64,000 nucleotides of DNA. Origin: Gammaproteobacteria bacterium. GTDB taxonomy: Bacteria; Pseudomonadota; Gammaproteobacteria; CAJXQU01. Where the stretch lies: NCBI GenBank assembly GCA_965238175.1, contig CBDEGZ010000003.1, positions 2,528,001 through 2,592,000 on the forward strand, given 5' to 3'. Under the pieces are notes generated by a model. That model did not search any database, was not told where the DNA came from, and saw nothing but the letters and a program-made list of their open reading frames with translations. A program made the position numbers and the translations under genes. Of the stretch, positions 38,350 to 48,659 are shown in pieces (position 1 is the first letter of the stretch; every line of letters starts with the position of its first letter).

Positions 38350-41300
38350 TAGAACGACTGATCCAATGGTCTCTTAATAATCGATTTTTGGTTTTGCTGG
38401 TCTCCATTATGTTTGCTGTCGGCGGTGCTTATACAGTCAAACAAACACCAATTGATGCCATACCTGATCTTTCTGACGTGCAAGTGATCATTAAAACAGT
38501 CTGGCCAGGCCAGGCCCCGCAAGTCATTGAAGATCAAGTTACCTATCCATTAACGACAGCTATGTTATCGGTTCCGGGTGCGAAAACGGTGCGTGGTTTT
38601 TCGAATTTTGGTGATTCGTATGTATATATTATTTTTGAAGACGGCACCGATTTATATTGGGCGCGTTCGCGTGTACTTGAATATTTAAGCCAGGTAACCC
38701 CTCTTCTACCACCGGGTGCCAGGCCCGCATTAGGTCCCGATGCTACGGGTGTCGGCTGGGTCTATAACTATGCGTTAGTTGATCGGAAAAATAAACATGA
38801 TTTGTCTCAACTACGTTCGATACAGGATTGGTTCTTAAAATACGAACTACAAGCCATAGCAGGTGTGTCTGAAGTTGCTACGTTAGGGGGCTATGTCAAA
38901 CAATATCAAGTTGTTATTGATCCAGATCGCCTTCGTGCCTATAGCTTAACTTTAAAACAAGTTCGCAATGCAATTCAGAATAGCAATCAAGAGGACAGTG
39001 GTTCGGTCATTGAATTGGCTGAAGCAGAATATGTCGTTCGCTCAACAGGTTATCTCAAGGGAATTGAAGAACTTAAGGCGATACCACTTGGTATTAATAA
39101 GAACGGAACGCCAATACTTTTAAAAGATGTCGCCCAGTTACAAATTGGTCCAGATCAACGTCGAGGTATTGCCGAGTTAAATGGAGAAGGTGAAACTGTT
39201 GGTGCTATCGTCGTCATGCGCTTTGGTGAGAATGCCAAGAAAACAATTGCCGCCGTCAAAACACGCATAGAAGAACTTAAAACCAGTCTGCCAGATGGCA
39301 TAGAAATTGTTGAAACTTATGATCGTTCAGATTTAATAGATCGATCTATATCGACGTTGACGCATCGTCTGATAGAAGAATTTATCATTGTTGCAATTAT
39401 TTGTGCCCTGTTTCTTTTTCATTTACGTTCTGCGCTCGTCGTAATTATCAGTTTGCCTTTGGGCATACTTGCTGCATTTTCAATCATGTATGCGCAAGGC
39501 ATTAATGCCAACATTATGTCTCTGGGTGGAATAGCGATCGCAATTGGCGCCATGGTTGATGCCGCCATTGTTTTGATCGAAAACTTTCATAAACACCTGG
39601 AACAGGCTGGAGATGAAATAACAGATCGTTGGTCCATCGTAATGGACTCTGCGCGAGAAGTCGGGCCAGCATTGTTTTTTTCATTATTAATTATTACCGT
39701 CAGTTTCTTACCTATTTTTGCCCTTGAAGCACAAGAAGGACGCTTATTTAAACCCTTAGCCTTTACAAAAACCTATGCGATGGCTGCCTCGGCAGGATTA
39801 GCCGTCACTCTGGTTCCTGTTTTGATGGGACTTTTTATTCGTGGTCGGGTAATAAAAGAAAATAGCAACCCGATCAATCGTTTATTAATTATTTCTTATC
39901 GACCTTTTATAAGAACGGCGCTGGCATTTCCACGTACGATAATTTTCTTTGCCATCATCATAACCGTGATTGGTGTATGGCCTGCTCAGCAGTTGGGTAG
40001 CGAGTTTATGCCAGAACTGGACGAAGGTGATCTGATGTACATGCCAACAACACTACCGGCGTTATCCATTGGGAAAGCACAACAAATATTGCAACAAACG
40101 GATAAGTTAATTCGTACCGTACCCGAAGTGGAACTTGTCTTCGGAAAAATAGGCCGAGCCGATACCGCAACCGATCCGGCACCATTATCCATGCTTGAAA
40201 CTCTGGTCAAATTAAAAGATCGAAGCGAATGGCGCCCAGGTATGACGCCTGAAAAGTTACGTCGAGAATTACAACAGCGTGTCCAGCTTCCAGGCTTGGC
40301 CAATGCCTGGGTTATGCCGATTAAAACCCGCATTGATATGCTTGCAACAGGGATCAAAACGCCTGTTGGAATTAAAGTCGCCGGTCCAGATTTAAAAGTG
40401 ATCCAAGAACTTGGGCAACAAATCGAACAGATCGTACGAAACATTCCCGGCACCGCATCGGCCTATGCTGAGCGTGTCACTGGCGGGCGTTATATCACCG
40501 TCGACATTAATCGCCTGGAAGCTTCACGATTGGGTTTGAACATCAACAATGTTCAGGAAGTGATCAATACCGCTATTGGTGGCAAAAATATTACCTGGAC
40601 AGTTGAAGGTCTAGAACGTTATCCAGTCAGTTTGCGTTATCCGCGCCATGTCAGAGATTCTGTCGAAAACCTGAAAATGTTACCAATAATTACACCTGCA
40701 GGTTCTCGTATTCCATTGAGTCAGATTGCTGATATTCGAATTGAAGATGGCCCACAAATGATCAAAAGTGAAAACGCTCGCTTAAATGGTTGGATATTTG
40801 TTGATACGGTGGGACGTGATCTGGGTAGTTATGTCGAAGAAGCAAAGCTGCAAATTTCCGAAGCAATTACATTACCTCCCGGCTATTCATTAACCTGGTC
40901 CGGCCAGTATGAATATCTGCAACGTGCCAAAGAACGATTAAGTGTGATTGTTCCACTCACTCTGGCGTTAATTGTTTTACTTTTGTTTATTCATTTTAAA
41001 AATATAACAGAAGTGATGATCATTCTCGCATCATTACCCTTCGCGCTGGTCGGAGGTTTATGGATGCTATATGTCATGAATTTTAATTTATCGGTTGCTG
41101 TGATTGTTGGTTTCATCGCTCTAGCAGGTGTTGCGGCTGAAACCGGTATTGTCATGTTGGTATTCCTTGATAATGCATTCAACAAATATCAACTAAAAGC
41201 CAAAAATGAAAACCGATCACTAACCTATGCGGAATTAAAAGAAGCCGTTATTGAAGGCGCACTGTTACGTGTACGTCCAAAAATAATGACTGTCGCTGCC

Positions 41301-41501
41301 ATTATAGGTGGACTGCTTCCCATTATGTTTGGAACTGGCACAGGCTCTGAAGTAATGACTCGAATTGCTGCACCCATGGTTGGTGGAATGATCACAGCGA
41401 CTATTCTGACACTTATCGTCATTCCTTCCGTTTATTTATTATGGAAGAAACGTTCTATTGCTGTGCGTCATGGTCAGGAGCGACTAAGTAATCTTAACTA
41501 A
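38346..41501 (+). CDS. cusA: Cu/Ag efflux RND permease
   Basis: DAIPDLSDVQV, GPDATGVGW, GAMVDAAIV, LMYMP, MLET, IDML, RVRPKIMT. Confidence 0.93.
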   Translation: MIERLIQWSLNNRFLVLLVSIMFAVGGAYTVKQTPIDAIPDLSDVQVIIKTVWPGQAPQVIEDQVTYPLTTAMLSVPGAKTVRGFSNFGDSYVYIIFEDGTDLYWARSRVLEYLSQVTPLLPPGARPALGPDATGVGWVYNYALVDRKNKHDLSQLRSIQDWFLKYELQAIAGVSEVATLGGYVKQYQVVIDPDRLRAYSLTLKQVRNAIQNSNQEDSGSVIELAEAEYVVRSTGYLKGIEELKAIPLGINKNGTPILLKDVAQLQIGPDQRRGIAELNGEGETVGAIVVMRFGENAKKTIAAVKTRIEELKTSLPDGIEIVETYDRSDLIDRSISTLTHRLIEEFIIVAIICALFLFHLRSALVVIISLPLGILAAFSIMYAQGINANIMSLGGIAIAIGAMVDAAIVLIENFHKHLEQAGDEITDRWSIVMDSAREVGPALFFSLLIITVSFLPIFALEAQEGRLFKPLAFTKTYAMAASAGLAVTLVPVLMGLFIRGRVIKENSNPINRLLIISYRPFIRTALAFPRTIIFFAIIITVIGVWPAQQLGSEFMPELDEGDLMYMPTTLPALSIGKAQQILQQTDKLIRTVPEVELVFGKIGRADTATDPAPLSMLETLVKLKDRSEWRPGMTPEKLRRELQQRVQLPGLANAWVMPIKTRIDMLATGIKTPVGIKVAGPDLKVIQELGQQIEQIVRNIPGTASAYAERVTGGRYITVDINRLEASRLGLNINNVQEVINTAIGGKNITWTVEGLERYPVSLRYPRHVRDSVENLKMLPIITPAGSRIPLSQIADIRIEDGPQMIKSENARLNGWIFVDTVGRDLGSYVEEAKLQISEAITLPPGYSLTWSGQYEYLQRAKERLSVIVPLTLALIVLLLFIHFKNITEVMIILASLPFALVGGLWMLYVMNFNLSVAVIVGFIALAGVAAETGIVMLVFLDNAFNKYQLKAKNENRSLTYAELKEAVIEGALLRVRPKIMTVAAIIGGLLPIMFGTGTGSEVMTRIAAPMVGGMITATILTLIVIPSVYLLWKKRSIAVRHGQERLSNLN

Positions 41502-41549
41502 TTTCATCATATTATTTATTCTAGTTGTAAACTTAACATAGTAAAAATG

Positions 41550-42287
41550 TTATCGCCGCTGCCTGACAGCTTCATACAAACAAACACCAGAAGCGACGGA
41601 AACGTTCAAACTTTCAACGATGCCAGCCATCGGGATTTGAACAAGGTGATCACAGTACTCACCTGTCAATCGTCGAATACCCTTATCTTCAGAGCCCATC
41701 ACCAATGCAATAGGTCCTGTTAAATCCTGATCAAAAATAGTTTGTTCACATTGATCGCTAGTGCCAATCAACCAGACACCGGCATTTTGAATTTCTTTTA
41801 AGGTTCGCGCTAAATTACGAACCTCTATTAAAGGAACAGAATCCCCAGCCCCACTTGCAACCTTTCGAACTGTTGATGTCATACTTACGCCACGACTGGC
41901 AGGGATGATGACAGCATCTACACCTGCTGCATCGGCAGTTCGCAAACAAGCACCAAGGTTATGTGGATCTTGAACACCATCAAGTACTAATAGAAAAGTA
42001 TTTTCAGAATTTCCGATGATTGTCATCAGATCTGATTCATCTTTGGGCTTCGCGGTTCGTTGCCTGCAGACAACACCTTGATGACGTTGATCGCCACTTA
42101 ATTTATCTAAGGTTTTTCTAGGTACAAGCTGAAAAGCTATTCCTGAATCCTCAGCTAAACTTTGAATCTTCTTGGTCTTTCCACCTTTTAGATCTCCTTG
42201 TATCCAAAGCGCTAAAATTCTTTCAGGGAATTGTTGTAGCGCATGCTCAACGGCATGCATTCCATAAATTAAATCAGTATCAGCCAT
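41550..42287 (-). CDS. rlmB: 23S rRNA Gm2251 methyltransferase
   Basis: YGMHAV, HQGV, LDGVQDPHNLGACLRTA, GSEDKGIR, ESLNVSVA. Confidence 0.93.
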   Translation of the reverse strand: MADTDLIYGMHAVEHALQQFPERILALWIQGDLKGGKTKKIQSLAEDSGIAFQLVPRKTLDKLSGDQRHQGVVCRQRTAKPKDESDLMTIIGNSENTFLLVLDGVQDPHNLGACLRTADAAGVDAVIIPASRGVSMTSTVRKVASGAGDSVPLIEVRNLARTLKEIQNAGVWLIGTSDQCEQTIFDQDLTGPIALVMGSEDKGIRRLTGEYCDHLVQIPMAGIVESLNVSVASGVCLYEAVRQRR

Positions 42288-42599
42288 CTCATGCTATCCT
42301 AAACCTTAATACAGTTATTAATGAATAATAGATATCACAGTATAAAGCATTGACGTGTTAAAATTTGGAGTTGGTTTGTCATGGTCGGAATAACTGTTGT
42401 GTGATTGTATCTTCACTCAAACAACAGCTAAATTTTGTAGAATGAAATAAATCGGAATAAAACAGATCGATATTTATCATGTATTCGGTAAAATAGTGCG
42501 TTTAATCAGACTATTAGCAATCTGGTTTATACAATTTATCATCTACATGAAAGGTACAGTTACTTATTTTGGTTTTAAACAAGTCATCAGGAAAAAATA

Positions 42600-43310
42600 A
42601 TGTTTTTAGATCCTTATTATTCAGAAAATAATTCGCAAATTTTGATCTCCAAAGATCAAGCGAGCAATTTTGCAAAAAATATCGCCAACGATTTTAATCC
42701 CCTTCACGATCCAGAAAATGCACGCTTTTGTGTCCCCGGCGATCTTTTATTTTCACTGGTATTAGCGAAGTGTGGCTTATATCAAAAAATGACCTTCGAA
42801 TTTTCCGGCATGGTTGGTGAAAATGTTCATCTTATTTTCCCAGATAATATTGATCAAAACTTTTCCATTACCGATGAGAAAGAAAAAGAATACCTGCATA
42901 TAGAAACTGAAGGTGACGTTTCTAATGATAAAAAAATGATCGCTAAATTGGCTGAAGGCTATGTTCAGTTCTCCGGTAAAACATTTCCTGATTTAATCGT
43001 CCCTTTAATGAAAGAAAACGATGTCATGATTAATGCAAGCCGACCAATGTTGATTTATCAAAGTATGTCGATCGAACTTGACACTATTTTAATCATCGAA
43101 CCATCTCTTGAGCTACATGAAACTAGCCTTTCAGTTCAAGGCCGTAAAGGAATTGCACTTGTTGAATTTGATGTAAAATCAGAAGAAAAAGTGATCGGAA
43201 AAGGCATTAAAACTTTGGCGCTGCGTGGGCTAAGCAAATTTGAACAAGAGACTGTTGATAAAATTGTTGATGACTATCAAACACGAAAAACCAATTTTGA
43301 AACCATCTGA
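42600..43310 (+). CDS. DUF3581-family protein
   Basis: QAS.FAK.IANDFNPLHD..NARFCVPGDLLF, FSG..FP, MIN..RP.LIY.SM. Confidence 0.75.
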   Translation: MFLDPYYSENNSQILISKDQASNFAKNIANDFNPLHDPENARFCVPGDLLFSLVLAKCGLYQKMTFEFSGMVGENVHLIFPDNIDQNFSITDEKEKEYLHIETEGDVSNDKKMIAKLAEGYVQFSGKTFPDLIVPLMKENDVMINASRPMLIYQSMSIELDTILIIEPSLELHETSLSVQGRKGIALVEFDVKSEEKVIGKGIKTLALRGLSKFEQETVDKIVDDYQTRKTNFETI

Positions 43311-43618
43311 AATTTATCACAATAATTTATTTCCAATTATTCAGTCACAATAATAGGAAATTATAATGAAAATACTTAATCTATTAATGCTTATGTTTTC
43401 ATTACTTTCAATATCTTTTACAACAAACAGCAAATCTGACTTTTCATACTTACACTACAAGGGATAGACATCATCGCTGTAAAAATCAAGAATTTTGATA
43501 AAGTTTTACCTTCCTAGATATAACACAAGATTAATAAACTGCAATCCGCAATGGATAAACTATTAGATCGATTGATAGACGAACATCATCAGCAAAACCA
43601 AAAATAATTTTTGATAAA

Positions 43619-44113
43619 CTACCGCTGGACACCGAGTTTATATTTATCACTCGTTTTCCTGACTTTTTTGGTCTGCGTCCGGTTAAGGCTCGTATTACCG
43701 ACAACACCACCTGATTTTTTAGATTTCAAACGGTTATTTACACTCACTGAATTTTTATCAGAAAGACCACTATATCGATAACGCTTGTCTTCTTCTATCT
43801 TTTCTTTTAGATCAGTAGAATTCAGATCGCGATTACCTATTTCACTCTCCTTTAACGCCTCTTTATCATCTCTTCGTTGGGGTAATTTATAACTCTTTGT
43901 AGAATTTCGATCTTGCTCAACGTCTTTCCCTTGTTGTGCTCTCGCCTGCTCTTTCAATTGTCGAATTTGTTCTTCCTTACGTTGTCGTTCTGCTGCTTTT
44001 TCTACATCAGTCATTCCGTCTTCTGCAGTTAAAACGGGCGTTACACTAGTAAACAGAACTGTAAGAAGTGCACTTGCGATCAAGTTTCGTTTTAAATTCA
44101 CTTTGCAAATCAT
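43619..44113 (-). CDS. exported hypothetical charged protein
   Basis: signal peptide followed by low-complexity K/E/R-rich sequence. Confidence 0.55.
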   Translation of the reverse strand: MICKVNLKRNLIASALLTVLFTSVTPVLTAEDGMTDVEKAAERQRKEEQIRQLKEQARAQQGKDVEQDRNSTKSYKLPQRRDDKEALKESEIGNRDLNSTDLKEKIEEDKRYRYSGLSDKNSVSVNNRLKSKKSGGVVGNTSLNRTQTKKVRKTSDKYKLGVQR

Positions 44114-44244
44114 ATTACATCTCCAAATTCATCCTCATAACCTTTCTCTCATAAAAAATAGCTTAAGCGATAGACTTATTCAATTGAAGCTATAGTTGTA
44201 TAGTTTTTGGTGAAAAGTTAGAAATACTGATCGAACAACTAAGA

Positions 44245-45618
44245 TCAAAAATTCATCCCTGGCGGCATTCCGCCGCCGGATCCACCACCCATTCCTCGCA
44301 TTAGGTTAGCCATGCCGCCTTTTTTCGACATTCGTTTCATCATTTTCTGCATTTGCATAAACTGCTTGAGTAGCTTATTTACATCTTGAACCTGGGTTCC
44401 AGAACCTGTGGCAATACGTTTTTTACGCGAAGCCTTAATAACCGCAGGAAATTTCCGCTCATTTGGTGTCATCGAATTAATAATCGCTACCGTCTTATTC
44501 ATTTCTTTGTCATTAACCTGTTCTTTCGCCTTATCAGGAATGTCTCCCATACCAGGAAGTTTCGTCATCAACCCAGCAACACCACCCATATTTTGCATTT
44601 GCAATAATTGCTCTTTGAAATCTTCCAGATCAAATCCTTTGCCTTTTTTGAGCTTCGTCGCCAGCTTGGCCGTTTTCTCTTTATCGACCTTTTGCTCAAC
44701 TTCTTCAATCAAACTCAACACATCACCCATGCCAAGAATTCGTGAAGCAATTCGATCAGGATAAAAAGGTTCTAACTCTGCAACCTTCTCGCCGACACCA
44801 ATAAATTTGATCGGCTTACCCGTGACATGTCGAACAGATAAAGCCGCACCACCGCGAGAATCACCATCGGTCTTGGTCAGAATCACACCGGTTAATGCTA
44901 ATGCTTCATCAAAAGCCTTCGCCGTCACCACCGCATCCTGCCCGGTCATACTATCGATCACAAACAAAGTTTCTACCGGTTTTAAAGCACCATGCAGAAG
45001 TTTGATCTCGTCCATCATTTGCTCATCAATGGCTAAACGACCTGCGGTATCGACGATCAAAACGTCACTGAATTCTTTACGCGCCTCCTCAATGGCACGT
45101 TTAGCAATATCTGCTGGCTTAGAATCTGCCTGGCTAGCGATAAAATTGACATCGACTTCTTTGGCGATGATTTCCAACTGTTCAATCGCTGCGGGTCGGT
45201 ATACGTCACAGCTGACAACTGACACTTTTTTGTTTTCTTTTTCTTTCAGGTGCTTCGCTAACTTACCAACACTGGTGGTTTTACCAGAACCTTGCAAACC
45301 TGCCATCAAAATTACAGCCGGCGGTTCCGTGTTTAAATTAAGCGACTCATTCACATCACCCATCAATGAGGTCAATTCATCATTCACCACCTTGATCAAA
45401 GCCTGACCCGGTGTTAACGAACCAACAACCTCTTCACCCACCGCACGCACTTTAACCTGATCAATAAATGCTTTAACGACAGGTAAAGCAACATCCGCCT
45501 CCAATAAAGCCATACGCACTTCACGCAACGCTTCCTCGATGTTGGCTTCTGTTAAACGCCCCTGACCACGGAGATTTTTTACAACTTTGTTAAAACGACT
45601 GGAAAGATTATCGAACAT
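44245..45618 (-). CDS. ffh: signal recognition particle protein
   Basis: ALLEADV, GLQGSGKTT, DTAGR, TKTDG..RGGAALS, RILGMGD, M-domain. Confidence 0.97.
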   Translation of the reverse strand: MFDNLSSRFNKVVKNLRGQGRLTEANIEEALREVRMALLEADVALPVVKAFIDQVKVRAVGEEVVGSLTPGQALIKVVNDELTSLMGDVNESLNLNTEPPAVILMAGLQGSGKTTSVGKLAKHLKEKENKKVSVVSCDVYRPAAIEQLEIIAKEVDVNFIASQADSKPADIAKRAIEEARKEFSDVLIVDTAGRLAIDEQMMDEIKLLHGALKPVETLFVIDSMTGQDAVVTAKAFDEALALTGVILTKTDGDSRGGAALSVRHVTGKPIKFIGVGEKVAELEPFYPDRIASRILGMGDVLSLIEEVEQKVDKEKTAKLATKLKKGKGFDLEDFKEQLLQMQNMGGVAGLMTKLPGMGDIPDKAKEQVNDKEMNKTVAIINSMTPNERKFPAVIKASRKKRIATGSGTQVQDVNKLLKQFMQMQKMMKRMSKKGGMANLMRGMGGGSGGGMPPGMNF

Positions 45619-45703
45619 TGGGTATTCCTGAATTGATTATGTGGTAGATTTTAGCACGAGTTTCATTTCATATAGAGTACCCAAGCTTTATAACTACTAT
45701 TCT

Positions 45704-46362
45704 CTATGCCCATTCAACCTCTGCTGGTAATTGAAAACTACTAAACTCAATATGAAGTATCCTGCGTTGACTAGGTAGAGTTCCTTTACTCGATGAATGA
45801 ATTAGGTGTGGCCTCATTACTAATGCTGAACCTTTTTTAGCAACACAATCTTTGACTTCATGTGAGTTCACATATGAACGTATTTCATTTTGAACTATGA
45901 CACCACAAGTATGACTTCGAGGCACAACTTTCATACAACCATTTTCTTTAGTCGCTTGATCTAAATGTATACGAAAAGTGATCATTTGATTTAGAACCTC
46001 TAACGGAGGCTGAACATGATGAGCTCTATCTCTCGTACTCCATGGTCCCCAACCTGGTTTCTCAAAACGTTCTGACACAGCAACGGTTTTATCTTGATGC
46101 CAAGATACTAGCCAGTTATTTTGAGATGTTTTGTTAAAAAGAATTGATCTTACAAACTTGGCTTTACCATTCAAATAAAAAGCGGCTTTTTCACGTAAGA
46201 GCCGGGAATTTATAAAATCCTCAATGGAAGCTACTTTTTCTCAATATTTCTTATCCCTCCTAAACCTTTAGAGCATTGAATTTGATCTACTTCATCAAGA
46301 ATTTTTTTAATATCTTCTTCACTAATAAAATCATCTATTAGCTCATAACCATGTTCTAGCAT
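45704..46362 (-). pseudogene. PhyH-family Fe(II)/2OG dioxygenase, frameshifted
   Basis: MLEHGYELIDDF...GGIRNIEKK* then VASIEDF...NWLVSWHQD...RIHLD..NG..HSS..RRILH in another frame; the shift falls at a T5 run (46235-46239). Confidence 0.75.
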
Positions 46363-46622
46363 AACGAATAACCAATTATTTATGAGATCTACTTTTAACC
46401 AGATAATAAAAAACTAAGAATTAATAACAGTACAATAGAAAAACAAAAGAAAACGTAAATTAATAGTACATTTATCCAAATACGACGATTTTCAGTTATC
46501 TCGAAAACTAGTGGAATTTCAAGCAAATTTTTAACCTTGGCACAAAACCAAAAAGTATATTGTTCTTCAGAAAAAACAACATCCAGACAAATCCAATTCT
46601 GATAATAGAGCCTGTCATTATG

Positions 46623-47848
46623 TGTAGAAATTCAGATTTGATCTGACAGTTACCCAATTATCAGTAACCGACTGTCAGGTTAAGTTTAATTCACAAACTT
46701 TTCCTTCCAGATAGCTTGTCCGTCGATGAGTGTTTCCATCGGCGTCCTCCCGCAGCACATTTTGCCTTGGTGAGTTCGTTGAGTATTGTATTTGAGCAAC
46801 CATTCGTCAAGGTCGAGTTGCAGTTCATCAATCGATTGGTAAATTTTCTTACGCAAAGCGACTTGATAAAACTCATTGAGGATCGTCTTATGGAATCGCT
46901 CACAAATACCATTCGTCTGAGGTGATTTGACCTTGGTTTTGGTGTGTTCGATATTGTTCAACGCCATATAAAGCTGATAATCATGCTGGTCAGCTCGCCC
47001 ACAATACTCCGTCCCTCTATCTGTCAAAATGCGCAACATAGGCAAACGTTGTTCTTCGTAGAATGGGAGGACGCGGTCATTGAGCATGTCAGCTGCCGTA
47101 ATCGGTGTTTTAGTCGGGTACAGTTTCGCGTGAGCGACCTTGCTGTAAGTATCAACAAACGTTTGTTGATAAACCCGACCAATGCCTTTGAAAGTACCGA
47201 CATAGTAAGTATCTTGCGAGCCAAGATAACCAGGGTGTGCCGTCTCTATCTCGCCACAAGCCTCATCGTCGTCTTTCTTGCGTTCCATCGCCGCGACTTG
47301 AGACTCAGTGAGGATCAAGCCTTCACCAGCTACCTTATCAGACAATGCCTTCAGGCGATCTTTAAAGCAAGCAAGACCATGACGAAGCCAGATACAACGA
47401 ACGCCACTGGGTGAGACAAATGTTCCCCGTTTGCGCAGCTCGTTACTGGTGCGCGTTTGACCATGTGCGGGCTCTTCCAGTGCATACTCGAGCACAACGG
47501 TTTCAATAGCCGGGTCGATTCTGTTTTTAAGATTTGGGGTACGCCGATTACGATCAAACAAGGCTTCTACACCGCCTTCATCAGCCGCTTCTTTGTAGCG
47601 ATAAAATGTATCTCTGGACAAACCCATCATCTTGCAGGCTTTTGAGACATTGCCGAGTTCTTCAGCGAGATTGAGTAGACCAACTTTATGTTTTATAACT
47701 TTGTCATTAGTATGAATCATGAGAGTTACCTCTTTGTGTTTTGATGTTTACGTTGCAGTTACATCAAAGCGGGTAACTCTCACTAAATCAAGCGTCGCTA
47801 CGCTCCGCTTGATTTAGTGATGTGTCAGATTGGGTCTAAACTTCTACA
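46623..47848 (-). mobile_element. IS481-family insertion sequence, copy 2 (1226 bp)
   Basis: same ends, length and transposase as copy 1; flanks CATTATG / CTTTATG. Confidence 0.93.
46686..47720 (-). CDS. IS481-family DDE transposase
   Basis: protein identical to 25491-26525. Confidence 0.95.
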   Translation of the reverse strand: MIHTNDKVIKHKVGLLNLAEELGNVSKACKMMGLSRDTFYRYKEAADEGGVEALFDRNRRTPNLKNRIDPAIETVVLEYALEEPAHGQTRTSNELRKRGTFVSPSGVRCIWLRHGLACFKDRLKALSDKVAGEGLILTESQVAAMERKKDDDEACGEIETAHPGYLGSQDTYYVGTFKGIGRVYQQTFVDTYSKVAHAKLYPTKTPITAADMLNDRVLPFYEEQRLPMLRILTDRGTEYCGRADQHDYQLYMALNNIEHTKTKVKSPQTNGICERFHKTILNEFYQVALRKKIYQSIDELQLDLDEWLLKYNTQRTHQGKMCCGRTPMETLIDGQAIWKEKFVN

Positions 47849-48043
47849 CTTTATGTGACATTGGATATTCAACTTCAGAATATGGAATAATTAAATCACC
47901 AAATCTAAAATCATTCTCCATAAACTCCAGTTCACTTTCCCCTAAATCTTAATGAACAATTCCACCCATCACATCGACTTGAGCTTTACTTGCTCGTACA
48001 CTCTTAAAAATTGTTGTACTCATCTACTTTAAAGGTAAGCTCG

Positions 48044-48658
48044 TTAACCTGCTAAAACATCTATCATCTGTAGTTTTCCTTCAAACTGCAGTTGCTGTCC
48101 TTCATTTGAAAATTCTATTTTAATAGTTGTCCCTTTAATGAAATACTTAAACGAAGTATCAACGATACTTTCTTTTTCAAGAACTTCTATTGGTTGATCA
48201 AAATCAATATTAGATCTTTTAACTAGAAATAATTGTTCAGCTTTTAGTTCTTTAGCCAACCAAGCAGAAAGACTATCTGAAGTAACTGTCCAATTTTGTG
48301 GGATCTCTTGATTGTCTTTTAGTTGTTTTGATGGCAACCAAACAGGCGTTTGTTTGTTTTTTAGGGCTTCTCTAATTTGTTGCTCAGAATTCACAGCGAT
48401 CAATTTATGTTCAGGATCATGCTTCTCTGCCATACCGATCAAAAACAATCCAAATTGATCCATCGCATGTAGCGCCATTTCATGTGCGATTGGATCATTA
48501 AAATTATGTTGCTTTTGCGCATCACGAACTTGATCTGCAAAAGGTCCGCCACCGGGAACGATAACTACTTTTCCTGCGCCCTCCCCCGATAAAACTTCTA
48601 ACCATTCGATCAATTCTAGAGAATCAAAAAAACTACCGCCGAGTTTAACGACGATCAT
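48044..48658 (-). CDS. amino-acid-kinase family protein (Orf21/MfnE-like, methylofuran synthesis)
   Basis: VVKLGGS, VPGGGPFADQVR, AH.MAL.AMDQ, W.VTSDSL.AWLA. Confidence 0.8.
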   Translation of the reverse strand: MIVVKLGGSFFDSLELIEWLEVLSGEGAGKVVIVPGGGPFADQVRDAQKQHNFNDPIAHEMALHAMDQFGLFLIGMAEKHDPEHKLIAVNSEQQIREALKNKQTPVWLPSKQLKDNQEIPQNWTVTSDSLSAWLAKELKAEQLFLVKRSNIDFDQPIEVLEKESIVDTSFKYFIKGTTIKIEFSNEGQQLQFEGKLQMIDVLAG

Positions 48659-48659
48659 A

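Larger units (their letters stand above)
46395..47921 (-). pseudogene. 97-aa tail-anchored hypothetical protein interrupted by IS481 copy 2
   Basis: GGAG RBS and ATG 47921; removing the IS and one 7-bp duplication gives an open frame MENDFRFG...PMSH(K/N)DRLYY...LLSG* ending at 46395. Confidence 0.7.

Noticed and set aside
43366-43600. short ORF MKILNLLMLMFSLL... with RBS
   Set aside because: ends after 43 aa in stop-ridden AT-rich sequence; may be a remnant but cannot be supported
44386-45406. long antisense ORFs opposite ffh (likewise opposite cusA, fae, SulP and the IS transposases)
   Set aside because: shadow frames of strongly conserved genes with no motifs of their own
46355-46395. integron attC between the two islet genes (GTTATGC core on the minus strand)
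   Set aside because: no full RYYYAAC...GTTRRRY palindrome of adequate length and no integrase in the window
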